From Corallochytrium limacisporum Hawaii (taxonomy: Eukaryota; Protista; Pluriformea), in assembly GCA_002811645.1 (NCBI GenBank), contig PDIP01000146.1, positions 1-50,219 of the forward strand: a stretch of 50,219 nt of DNA. The letters run 5' to 3'. The translations under genes were made by a program, and so were the position numbers. The notes beneath the pieces were generated by a model, which saw only the letters and a list, made by a program, of their open reading frames with translations, was not told where the DNA came from and searched no databases. Below are positions 26,002 to 37,000 of this stretch, piece by piece (within the stretch, counting starts at the first letter, position 1; each line of letters begins with the position of its first letter).

Positions 26002-27065
26002 GGAGCGCCAAAAAGTAATTGGTGCTTGCGCATCTCCCCGCCGGGGGGGGGCCTTTTTTGCGGTTCCCATCGCGCGCTTGGTGGTTTCGAACACGAGTGT
26101 TTGCCTTTGGTTTCTCACCGTTTTCTCGCTTTCTTTGTCTTTTATTTCCTTTGGTTATTTTCCCCCTTATCGTTCCTTTTCTTTTCTTTCGTTCTTTTCT
26201 ATCTTTCTTTTTCTTTTCTTTTTGCTTAGCCCCCTTTTTTTCCTTTCTTTCCTGGGCCTCAGTGTATTCGCTAACCGCGGCCTTCCGGTGCCCCATCAGT
26301 TGAGAGGACGGCCGCTGAATTTGGCACGGCGTTAGATGCAAATGGTAGTAGCTAACCGAGAACTCTGAGGGCTTTTTCAAACCCCCATTACGCAGCCATG
26401 ATAAGATTCTCGATGCGGGGAGCGTATCATGCAGATACCGTGGCATGGAATCGTCGTGCGCAGGAGGCATAATGTCCATACGCCCTCACAGAATAACGCA
26501 GAATATGCGGCAGTTGGCACAAATCAACATACATCGCTCCCAACCTTACACCATCATGGAAGAAGAAGTGCACTTAAGGTGCTTCCATTCGCTTTCACCA
26601 AACGAACACTGGCTTCACATGCGTGCACCAGTGTGGCCAATGAGCATCATGGTGACTCTTTTGCGATCCGACTGAGGCGCGTCGAGGAGGCTGTCACTTC
26701 ATGGGCCTTGGACGGATTCTCATCAAGCATGTCGCAGTTGCAATCGTCAAGATTGTGGTATTGTTCCACCAACCTGCTCGCGAAGGACCCCAGAACATCT
26801 AATTAATTGGGAATTTCATAGTAGCAACATATTCCTTTTCATGTGCGTAATGTCATTCTTTATTCCAAACCCTGAGCGTCACACTCCGTCCCCTTCCTCA
26901 GCAGCTGGCTCCTGTCACGGACGGGAGGCGGGAGGGCGAGCAAGCCGCCCAAAAACCCCAATTTCTGGGCCGGCGGAAGAAAAAGGGGGGGGGGGGGGAT
27001 TTTTCGTGCACATGCCCCAAGCAAGCGCTGCTCTCAAGTGGAAGGCCCCCCCCCCCACACAAACA

Positions 27066-27382
27066 NNNNNNNNNNNNNNNNNNNNNNNNNNNNNNNNNNN
27101 NNNNNNNNNNNNNNNNNNNNNNNNNNNNNNNNNNNNNNNNNNNNNNNNNNNNNNNNNNNNNNNNNNNNNNNNNNNNNNNNNNNNNNNNNNNNNNNNNNNN
27201 NNNNNNNNNNNNNNNNNNNNNNNNNNNNNNNNNNNNNNNNNNNNNNNNNNNNNNNNNNNNNNNNNNNNNNNNNNNNNNNNNNNNNNNNNNNNNNNNNNNN
27301 NNNNNNNNNNNNNNNNNNNNNNNNNNNNNNNNNNNNNNNNNNNNNNNNNNNNNNNNNNNNNNNNNNNNNNNNNNNNNNNNNN
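27066..27382. other. Assembly gap (317 N)
   Basis: N run flanked by G/C homopolymer-rich sequence. Confidence 1.
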
Positions 27383-27718
27383 ACACCACCCTCCCCCCCC
27401 GGAGGAAGAGAGGGAAGGAGGGGGGGGGGTAGTTTTTGGTTACAGCGGTGGGCAACATCGCGGGCGTATCAGGCGGGAGCCCCGGGCCGAATTTTGGCCA
27501 AGTTAAAGGAAAAGGGACAAAAAAAAAAGAACCGGTCGACTCCGATCCGCGCGGTTGCGGCCAGAGACGAGAAAAGCTTCCGCAGCACAGATTTCTCCGC
27601 CTTTGCGATGAAGGAACAGAAAGTGAGCTGGCAGCGGGAGCCGGTAGGCAACCCCCCGGCCTGCGACCGATTTCACCGCAGCAGGCTTCCAATAGATTTT
27701 TCGACACTTTCTGCCTGC

Positions 27719-30700
27719 TCAGGACATGGCAAGACCGGTGGCATCAATCGTGTGGGTGAAATCTGCCAGATGGAGTCGGTCGGACAGGAAGAGTACTTCC
27801 GCCTTCAGTGCAGCATTGACTGCCTGCAGATCCTGCAGTGTTGGCGCGGGCTCAACCGAGTTGCGGAGCTGTTGGCATTCGTTCCGCAGGTCGCGAATGT
27901 GCTCAACAATCTGCTCCCCAACCGTGTCCTGTGGTGACCGCTCCAGAGCCGTGTAGAGGTCATCAGCCATGCAGCACAAGGACCGACCACAGGCTTCTAC
28001 ATTACTGGCATCCAGACCAAATGCCTGTGCAATGTCCGTGATTACAGCAACGAGACGGGAACGCTCGGCATCAAAGTTTGATGCACGAGAGGAGTGTGTC
28101 GCCTGTAGCTGAGCCACTGCGTCCTTTAACGAGTCAGCAAGCCGCTGCTTTTGCGCGGTGTGAAGATTCTGCACCTCCTCCTTTTGATTCTCGAGCGCGG
28201 TTTCTAGATCCATACAGTACGTCTCGAGTGAAGACATCGCCTCCTGCATTTCGGTGATGTCATTCGTATGGTCCTCATTCAATTGCAACGCAGCCGATTC
28301 ATGGACGGCCGCTGCAGACTGATCACTATCCTTGGATGCTTCTAGCGTGACTAGATCATTTCTCAATTGGTCAAGCTTTTGTCCCAATTCTTCATTCATA
28401 GCCACGGCAGTCTCTAGGCTCTCCTCCTTCCTGCGCACTTGTGACCTCAGCTCGGATGCTTCCGCCTCAACAATCTGCAGACGCTTCAGGGTTTCAGTGG
28501 TGTCCTTCTCGACCGTTGTGGGTGGTGCTGATGTCTCCGACGCAGAGTTCTTCAGCGCATCCTTGAGCAGCTGGTTCTCCTGCTGCATGAGGTCAACACG
28601 AGTGCGTATACCTTGGAGCTCTAGATCCTTGCTCTGCAGGTCCCCGTGGGCTGACTCCAGCTCCCGAGAGAGGTTCTCTAAGGCTTCCTCATTGTCCCGC
28701 TTGGTTGCCATAAGCTCAGCCAGATCCTTGCTCGACTTGTCCTGCGCTTCCTGTATCTCCACCGTGAGATCATGCCCGCGGGTCTGCACGTCCACAAGCT
28801 GTGCTTGAAGCTCATCAGCATGGGCAGTCTTGGCATCCAGTTTCTTAGACAACTTTTGGCACAATTCTTCCTTGGCCGCAAGCTCTCCCCCTAGTTTCTT
28901 TACTTCTGCAGCCGTGGACGCCTCTGCAACTCCTGATTGGGTTTCCGCCACCTGAGCAGCAAGTGCCGCCCTGGCCTGATTGGCTTGCAACTCTGCTTGC
29001 CTCAGCGCCGCCTCCAAATTCGCAGCCTTGGTATCGCTCTCTTGGACAAGTTCCTCGAGGTCACGCATCGCCTGGTTGGCCAGTTGAGCTTCGGATCGCG
29101 CTCTCTCCAATTCTGCCCGGGAGTCTGAAGCGATAGTTGCTGAATCACCCAAGGTCCGCAAGCTTTCCTCCTTGGTTGCCAGTTCAGTCCGTAGACGGCT
29201 GATTTCCTGAGACAATTCCTTCTCTCGGGACTCATTACCAGCCTTAGTCTTCTCCATCTGCTCCATCATTCCGGACAGATGGTTGATCTTTTCTGAAATA
29301 TCCTTCTCACGAGCCTCGCTGTGCGTCTTGATATCCTCCAGCTCCTGAACCTTGCTCTGAAGGCGGTCAATTTCCTCAGAGAGTTCCTTCTCTCGGAATT
29401 GGCTTTGGACTTGTGCCTCCTCTGCCTGCTTCCGCCAGTTGCTGTCCACGTCACCCTGGACCTCGAGGGCCTTAGTGTGCATCTCCTTTAGGGACACATG
29501 CTCCTCCTGCAACTGGATCAGAGTCATCTTGGTGGTGTTGGTCTCCGCGAGGGCTTCCTGCAGCTGCTGGCCCATTGTCTGATTCGTTGCCCGCGCTTCC
29601 CTAAGTTCCCCTTCCAACTTCGAGAGATGGCCATCCGATTCGCGAAATCGTGTGAGCTCGTGTCCCAGGGCTTCCTTCTCCTGAGTTACCTCGGTCAATC
29701 GTTCTTGGACATCCAAGATATCCTGCCGGAGCTTTTCTGTTGTCTCTGCGCTTTGCTCCCGTGTCTCCTGCCGATCATTCAGGGCATCCTCGAGGTTCCA
29801 CACCTTGGTCTCCAGCTCATCCAACTTGCTGTAGGCGTCCTTGACTTCGTCCTGGGCTGTATCACGCGCTTTCTCGGCCACAGCCAAGTATTGTCTTGTC
29901 TCCACAAGATCGGCTTTCTCCCTTTCGTAGTCACCAGCAAGATTCTCCACGCGGCTCGCCAGTTCTTGCACTTGGACGCTGAACTGGTGCCTCTCCTCCA
30001 GGGCGCTTGTCAGTGCCTGCTCCGCGTTAGCCTTGTCGGTTTGCAAACTGGCGAGCTGGAGCTGGAGTTGCTCAGCTGCGTCAGAGGAAGAAGACATCTC
30101 CACCAGTCTGGACTGCAACTCATTGAGTTGAACTTCCTTTTCGTGAGAGCTTGTTTTCTCACTTTTCAGCATTTCAACCACGTGCTCCAACTCACGTACT
30201 ACTTCCTTTTCTCGTGCTTCCGTTTCGTTGAGCTTGCCTCGCGTTCTCAGCAGCAGCTCTTTCAGTTCTTCACAGGCATTCTTTGTACTCTGAATGTCCT
30301 CCTCCATCTGTGTCTTGTCCTCCTGGGCAGCAGTCTCTACACGATCCAGCTTGGCCGCCCACACCTGTTCTTGTTGCTTGAGGACACTCTGTGTGGCCTC
30401 AATCTCGCTTTCCAGTTCATTGATGCGGACCGTCAGAGCAGTTCTGGTCCTTTCGTGGTCAACTTTAGCCTGGTCTACGTCCAGTGACACCTTGCTCACT
30501 TGTTCTTCGTAAGCAGCCGAAGACTGGATGAGGGACTGGTTGCTTTCCTTCGCCAACAAAAGCTCATTGCGTGTATTGCTCAGCTCGGATTCCGCAGTGG
30601 CCAATTGCTGACGAAGGTGTCCTAGCTCCTTCTCTGAAGTACCGTACTGCTGCTGGCTGTCGCTGAGAGCCCTCTGCAGCTGTTCCAGGTCGTGACCACT

Positions 30701-33265
30701 ACTGGACAGCCGAGCTTCAATCTCCTGTTGCTGCGCCCTGACCTGCTCATTCAAGCTCTGAATTTCCGAATCGTCCTTAGCGAGACGCTCGTGCAGGGCT
30801 GCGTTCTCATCTTCTAACTGAGAGACCCGGCTCTGCAGTGCAGACAACTGTTCCACATGTCCTTGAACCAGAGTTGTACTCTGGGTATGGAGACTACTCA
30901 GTTCTGAGATCTGTGCTTCCTTGGCAGCGTGATCTTGCTGAAGGCGTGTTACCTCAGTCTGCAATTCTTCGATGCGTGTTTGCGAATTAGTTGTTCCCAC
31001 ACCCACGGCGGCTGCCCTCGAGCTAAGCCGCTCCAAATCTTCCGCAATCTCATCGAGCAGGTCGTGGTTCATCTCAATCATGCCATGACTACTGCTCGTG
31101 GGATAAGAATGGGATTGCGCCATGCCATTTCGGAGTTCAACTTCTTGGTTCTGCATCAGAGCACTCAAGAGTTTGAGACTCTCCTGGACGACACCCTTGC
31201 TGGATTTCAGATCCGTTAAGGCTTTCAGAGACTGCTGGATTTGATTGTAGTTCTGGGCCAACATCGTCAACAGCCGCGCATTCTTTGCCTGAGCTTCCGA
31301 AAGTGCGCTTTCGCATTCGATGAGTTTGGTTTGCAGGTGTTCTTCGCTGCTTCGAAGGGAATTCTGAACACCTTCTTGTTCTGATTGCACAGTCTGCACA
31401 ACAGTTTCTATCCTGCCCTTGAATTCATGATATACAGATTGAAGGCCCCTCTGTTCCTGGCGCAGGTTATCCATTTCTGTCTTGAAACTCTGAAGCTCCT
31501 CAATAGCACGGGTTCTTTCCGTCTTGGCCAGGTCCAGGTCTAGTAGCATGCGGTCCAACTGGTTCTTGGTATCTTCGGATTTGGATAGGGTCGTCTCAAT
31601 GACATCAATATACGCCTGCGTAGTCTCTGGCAGCTCTGTTCCGGTGGCAACCTTTTTCGCCCATGATTCCAACGTCTTATCCAGAACAATCTTCTGGCGT
31701 TCCAATTTGGTATACTCCCTGCGAATCTGGTCGACGTCCTGCTCTTTCCCATCGACCGCAATCTTCACTCCATCCAGTTGCCTGGACAGGACCCTCGAGT
31801 ACTTCATGACCCGTTCCGCGAGTTCATCCGTGGTCTCAAGGCTTGCGTAATCGTCGGGGATAGCACCCTGCACTTCCGGACTAGCTTCTTCAACACCTGC
31901 ACTGGCGATTTGGACGCTCATGTCCCGCAGCTGATCCAGTCCAAAGATTAATTGCTTCCGTACTGCCCATGAGGACGAAGCAGGATCAGTGCCCTGGGCT
32001 CTGGAACGCCAAATCTGCTTCTCTGTTTCATATTCTTGGCAACGACGTTGGAGCAGCTCAATGTCGTTCTTGTACGAGGATTCCTGTTCCTCGTACTCCG
32101 CGCACAGTTTCTGCAACTCCTGCAATTTATGGATCGTTTCGTCTAAGTTGCCGAATGCTTCATTGTAAGCCACAGGCTCGGAACCATTCGAGACCCTTCC
32201 CACAGCGGACTGGGTAGGCATTCTCACAGGTGAGGATCCAGGCATGTGATCAGACTCCATTGACATATCCATTTTCACTTTCACTTCTTCCTGGATACTC
32301 TGCACTCGCCTTGCCATCTTCATACTAAGCTCATCGCTGCGATGTAAGTCGTACGCAACGTCCTTCACAACCCGGAGAGTATTGTACGGTACAAAGAGTC
32401 CGTGCTTGGGCTGACAGGTAAAGTATCGAACGTGATCGATGCTTCCATCGTTCCGCCCCTGTGCAGTTGCAAGTTCGATTCCAGCCCAGACTACCCCTGG
32501 ATGGAACTTTGTTTGTCCAACATACCTCAAAATTCCGCGCAAATCACGATCTGTAACCACCATATCACCGACGGTTGGATGTTCACTTCTGGTCTTACGT
32601 GCCAGAGCCTCTGGGTCCAGGGTTGCAGGAACACTCTGCGTGCTTTGTGAACTAGTCCGTCTTTCTAATGGATACGAATTACGGCCCTGCATAGTGTCAG
32701 TTAGTTGCGCCAATGAAGAAGCTCCCTTTTGGATCACGTCCCTCAGCGCATCGATAGACCTCGCTTGTCGGACTTCCTCGATGGATGTTCGCGGTTGTGC
32801 CATGGACCGAGTGCTCAGCATCCCACGGTAGTCTGGAGATCCACTACGACTCCGGTGAGTGATCTCCTTCTCTACCCGAAGCCGCTGACTGGACTGAGAA
32901 TGTGCCTGTCGACTTCCTTCAAACCTGCCCTGACGGCTCCGCTGCGTGGTTTCTATGGGTTCCTGCCTTTCGGCTGGCGTCGGTCCCTCTTGGAGGTGCA
33001 AGGGCTGTTCTGCTAGAGGCAGTATGTGCACATTACCCAACATAGTCATTGCTCCATGGTTTGGTGCGCATGAGAAGTACTGGTTACCGCCAATCGTTCC
33101 ATTGTTCTTGCCTACAGGCTGATCATACTCAACGCCGACAAATGTCCCCGGCTTGAGGTGAAAAGCACCCACATACCTCACTGTTCCGAGTTTGGAAGAC
33201 GCCCGATTGGGGCCCACGTAGACTCTGTGGCCTACTTGAACTTTCTTATTCATTGTTTGTGCCAT
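27719..33265 (-). CDS. CLIP-170/restin-like protein: two CAP-Gly domains plus very long coiled coil
   Basis: CAP-Gly 1 (GTVRYVG..FVGVEYDQPVGKNNGTIGGNQYFSC) and CAP-Gly 2 (GILRYVG..WAGIEL..GRNDGSIDHVRYFTCQPKHGLFV), then >1300 aa of heptad-rich E/Q/L sequence. First ATG is at 33265 (the ORF track starts at GTG 33313). Intronless. Confidence 0.88.
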   Translation of the reverse strand: MAQTMNKKVQVGHRVYVGPNRASSKLGTVRYVGAFHLKPGTFVGVEYDQPVGKNNGTIGGNQYFSCAPNHGAMTMLGNVHILPLAEQPLHLQEGPTPAERQEPIETTQRSRQGRFEGSRQAHSQSSQRLRVEKEITHRSRSGSPDYRGMLSTRSMAQPRTSIEEVRQARSIDALRDVIQKGASSLAQLTDTMQGRNSYPLERRTSSQSTQSVPATLDPEALARKTRSEHPTVGDMVVTDRDLRGILRYVGQTKFHPGVVWAGIELATAQGRNDGSIDHVRYFTCQPKHGLFVPYNTLRVVKDVAYDLHRSDELSMKMARRVQSIQEEVKVKMDMSMESDHMPGSSPVRMPTQSAVGRVSNGSEPVAYNEAFGNLDETIHKLQELQKLCAEYEEQESSYKNDIELLQRRCQEYETEKQIWRSRAQGTDPASSSWAVRKQLIFGLDQLRDMSVQIASAGVEEASPEVQGAIPDDYASLETTDELAERVMKYSRVLSRQLDGVKIAVDGKEQDVDQIRREYTKLERQKIVLDKTLESWAKKVATGTELPETTQAYIDVIETTLSKSEDTKNQLDRMLLDLDLAKTERTRAIEELQSFKTEMDNLRQEQRGLQSVYHEFKGRIETVVQTVQSEQEGVQNSLRSSEEHLQTKLIECESALSEAQAKNARLLTMLAQNYNQIQQSLKALTDLKSSKGVVQESLKLLSALMQNQEVELRNGMAQSHSYPTSSSHGMIEMNHDLLDEIAEDLERLSSRAAAVGVGTTNSQTRIEELQTEVTRLQQDHAAKEAQISELSSLHTQSTTLVQGHVEQLSALQSRVSQLEDENAALHERLAKDDSEIQSLNEQVRAQQQEIEARLSSSGHDLEQLQRALSDSQQQYGTSEKELGHLRQQLATAESELSNTRNELLLAKESNQSLIQSSAAYEEQVSKVSLDVDQAKVDHERTRTALTVRINELESEIEATQSVLKQQEQVWAAKLDRVETAAQEDKTQMEEDIQSTKNACEELKELLLRTRGKLNETEAREKEVVRELEHVVEMLKSEKTSSHEKEVQLNELQSRLVEMSSSSDAAEQLQLQLASLQTDKANAEQALTSALEERHQFSVQVQELASRVENLAGDYEREKADLVETRQYLAVAEKARDTAQDEVKDAYSKLDELETKVWNLEDALNDRQETREQSAETTEKLRQDILDVQERLTEVTQEKEALGHELTRFRESDGHLSKLEGELREARATNQTMGQQLQEALAETNTTKMTLIQLQEEHVSLKEMHTKALEVQGDVDSNWRKQAEEAQVQSQFREKELSEEIDRLQSKVQELEDIKTHSEAREKDISEKINHLSGMMEQMEKTKAGNESREKELSQEISRLRTELATKEESLRTLGDSATIASDSRAELERARSEAQLANQAMRDLEELVQESDTKAANLEAALRQAELQANQARAALAAQVAETQSGVAEASTAAEVKKLGGELAAKEELCQKLSKKLDAKTAHADELQAQLVDVQTRGHDLTVEIQEAQDKSSKDLAELMATKRDNEEALENLSRELESAHGDLQSKDLELQGIRTRVDLMQQENQLLKDALKNSASETSAPPTTVEKDTTETLKRLQIVEAEASELRSQVRRKEESLETAVAMNEELGQKLDQLRNDLVTLEASKDSDQSAAAVHESAALQLNEDHTNDITEMQEAMSSLETYCMDLETALENQKEEVQNLHTAQKQRLADSLKDAVAQLQATHSSRASNFDAERSRLVAVITDIAQAFGLDASNVEACGRSLCCMADDLYTALERSPQDTVGEQIVEHIRDLRNECQQLRNSVEPAPTLQDLQAVNAALKAEVLFLSDRLHLADFTHTIDATGLAMS

Positions 33266-34027
33266 AATGAACAAGTCCCCCCTATTGACTTTGTCTATGA
33301 TCTTCCGGTCCACTCCCTACGATACCATCATAGTGTTCACCAGTATCGTGTAGCGAAATTTGCACACTAGTACGTCTATCGACCAGATGATATGGTCCGA
33401 GTACTCATTCAAATAGCCCTGATAGAGCCCAATGTCCATCGTCCTCAAAACAACATCGAAAACGTGAAAGTTCACCAACTGAAACGGTCGTCCCTGAGAG
33501 CCTAAATAAAGAGCCGAAAAAGCCAGCCCCTTTGGTCCCTACGCAGGCTTTCGCTTGGCTGCAACCTCTCCCCTATCCTATGGGTCTGGCAGGATAAAGG
33601 GCCGAAGGAGTGACACATAAGACTACACTCAAGCGAGAGGGGAGCCACCCAAGGCAAAACAAAATCGCAGCTGGAGAAAACGCCCGGAGGGTGGGGGGGG
33701 AGGGGATCGAGGAAATCCCGAAAAAATGCACTAATTAGATTCCCGTATATTGAAAAGAAGGGGTCTGTGGCAGGTGATAATGAATGGCCCTTGTAAGCCA
33801 AGAGTGGAGTGGCCTAGCGAGAAAGGCCCCAGCTGTCCCCTCGGGTCTCATGGGGATCGCGGTGACGGTGTGGGACGTGCACGGCAGTTCGACGGAAACA
33901 AGGTGGACAACGCCGAACAAGCTATATCAAAGATCTTGGCGTGTTGATTCGGGTTGTAAGGAGTGACTTTTTCATGTACCTATCACGATTAGAAGCACAC
34001 AAGTACATCAGTTGCTTCTGAATCAGC

Positions 34028-37000
34028 ATGAATCCGTTCAGGTCTGCGAAGGCCGTGTCACGGGTCGTAGCCGGTGGACAGCGGATAATCCGCCCATACA
34101 GCAACAATGTTGCTGCTGCTACAGTCGGCAAGGCTGAAGATCCTGTCCGCATTGCGGACCATCGGGAGGCTCTGAAGTTATATAAAGAGGGTGACAATGT
34201 GGGTGCGTACACAATTACTGGTGTCCAAGAGGTTCCGGAACTGCAACTGACTGCGATCACGGCGAAGCATAATACCACAGGCACGGAGCATCTGCACGTG
34301 GCACGTAAGGACTCAAACAATGTATTTGCAGTGCGTTTTCGCACCACACCAACCGATAGCACCGGTGTTGCACACATCCTGGAACATGTGGCCCTGTGCG
34401 GATCCAAACAGTTCCCGATCCGTGACCCCTTCTTTAAGATGCTCAGTCGCAGTGTTAGTACGTTCATGAACGCAATGACCGCGAGTGACTGGACCATGTA
34501 TCCGTTTGCAACCCAGAATGCCAAAGACTTCGACAACCTGCTCAGTGTGTACCTGGATGCCGCGTTCTTTCCACTGATCAACGAACAGGACTTCCGGCAG
34601 GAAGGATGGCGCTTAGAGAACAAGGATCCCAAGGACATCAATAGTCCTTGGATCTTCAACGGTGTGGTTTACAATGAAATGAAGGGCGTGTACTCCGATG
34701 TCGAGAGTTTGTACAGCCAGCAGGCACGCAATGCATTATATCCCACATCAACTTATGGATGGGTCAGCGGTGGTGACCCCAAGTTCATTACGGACCTGAG
34801 CTGGGACAATCTACGTAAGTTCCATGCAGACCACTACCATCCCAGCAACTCACAGTTCTTTACGTACGGTGACTTGCCTCTGGAAAGGCATCTAGAAGCC
34901 ATTGAGCAAAAGGCCCTGCGGCATTTCCAGTTCAATCCTGTTGATACTACTGTGGGACCGGAGCAACGGTGGACCGCTCCGCAGAGGAAGTCCGGTACTT
35001 GTCCTGTTGATGACATGAGCGGGGCGCCTCAGGATCAGCAGTCCAAATTCAGCGTAAGCATTCTGCTGAATCCGTTGACGGACACGTATGGCACGCTTAA
35101 GAACCAAATCACTTCGAAATTGCTCTTGGATGGGCCGAACAGTCCTTTCTACAAGTCCCTCCTTGCAAGCAACACTCTTGGACAGAGCTACAGTCCAAAC
35201 ACAGGATACGATACTTATGCCTTCGAAACAAACTTTAGTGTAGGTCTACAGGGTATGCAGAATACAAGAGTGGACGAAGTCGAGTCGGTTATCATGGACA
35301 CCTTCAATGATACAGTCGATAAGGGATTCAATCGCCGAAGGATTGATGCCATCTTGCATCAAGTTGAGTTGAGCCAGAAGCACCAAAGCAGCAGTTTTGG
35401 TATTTCACTCGCTCTTGGTGTTGCTTGTCCTTGGAACCACGGTGCAGACCCCTTCGAGCTGCTGCAGGTCAACCGGTCAATTCAGCGCTTCAAGGATGAC
35501 CTGGACAAGAACCCAAGGCTTTTGAGCGACCATCTTCAAGAGAATTTTGTCGACAATCAGCACAGACTAAGTTTTGAGATGCATCCTGACACTGAATTCA
35601 GTGCGAAGCTAAAGGCTGAAGAAGATGCCCGGCTACAGAATATCGTAGGTGCACAGGACAAGGAAACTCTGTTCAAGATTCATCATGAAAATCTGGACCT
35701 CTTGGAGGCTCAAAAATCGAAACCAGACTTGAGCTTGTTGCCCGAGTTGTCTCTAGCAGACATTGAACGGGGTATCGTTCGCAACAAGATCACTCAACAA
35801 GAGTTCAGCGATCCGCTTGTGAAGGTCAACTTTGTCGAGGCGCCCACAAACGCCGTCGGTTACTTCCGTGCTGTCCTGGATGCGAGTCGAGTTCCCGAAG
35901 ATCTCCAGGTGTATTTGCCCCTGTTTAGTGGCATGCTGACAGCCATGGGTACCAAGGAAACCGACTACGAAAAGCTGAGTTTGATTGCTGAAGAGAATAC
36001 CGGTGGCCTAAGCTGTGGCACACACATCACTGGTGCCATTGATGATATGGACAGGTTCGAGCATGGCATTACCATTGGCGCACACTGCCTTCAGGAAAAG
36101 ATTCCAAAGATGCTGTCAATCTGGTCTGAGATTATTCGCGACTTCAGTATCGACGATGCCGATCGTCTACAGACTCTGTTGGGAATGATGGCCAATGATG
36201 CCACGAACAGCATCGCTGGAAGTGGCCATGCTTATGCGATGCGCAACTCTCGTGTTTCATTGGGCCCTATGTACCGTCTCGCCGAGCAGTACGAAGGCAT
36301 TGAGCAGGTCTATTTCCTGCAGAAGCTTGCCTCCGAAATGGACCTGCCTATGATTCAGTCCAAGATTGGTGAAGTGAGCCGCATCCTGCTCAATGGTCAC
36401 GATATGGGTGGCCACATTCGCTGTGCTGTCAATGGCGACGAGGTCACACTCTCCAAGGCTAAGAGTGAGCTGAAGAAATTCCTATCTTCCATTGCAAAAG
36501 ACGCTGGAGCCGCTGCCAGCAGTGGCGCACCGCAGCCCATGAGCTCTCTGGGCATGATCCCCAATAACTACCACGTCATGCCCTTCGATGTGAAGTATTG
36601 TGCCAAGAGTATCGTGGGTGTGCCGTACGCAAGTGAGGACTACGCTCCTTTGCAAGTCCTGGCCAAGGTCATGACCGACAAATTCCTGCACCGTGAGATC
36701 CGCGAGACGGGTGGCGCCTATGGTGGTGGTTGTGTTATGCGTAGCGGTGTCTTCTCATTCTACTCCTATCGCGACCCGAACACGGTACAGACTCTGCAAC
36801 GCTTCGATGCTAGTATCGACTGGGCCACTGACAGCTCCAGCTACGGCTCTGCTGAAGTAGATGAAGCCAAACTGAGCGTGCTCGGCGACCTTGACAAGCC
36901 CGTATCGCCCGGCAGCCAAGGGCTCAGCTTCTTCCTCAGCGGCATCAACGATGAAATGCGCCAGAACCATCGCGACCGCATCTTTGCGGTTTCTGCTGAG

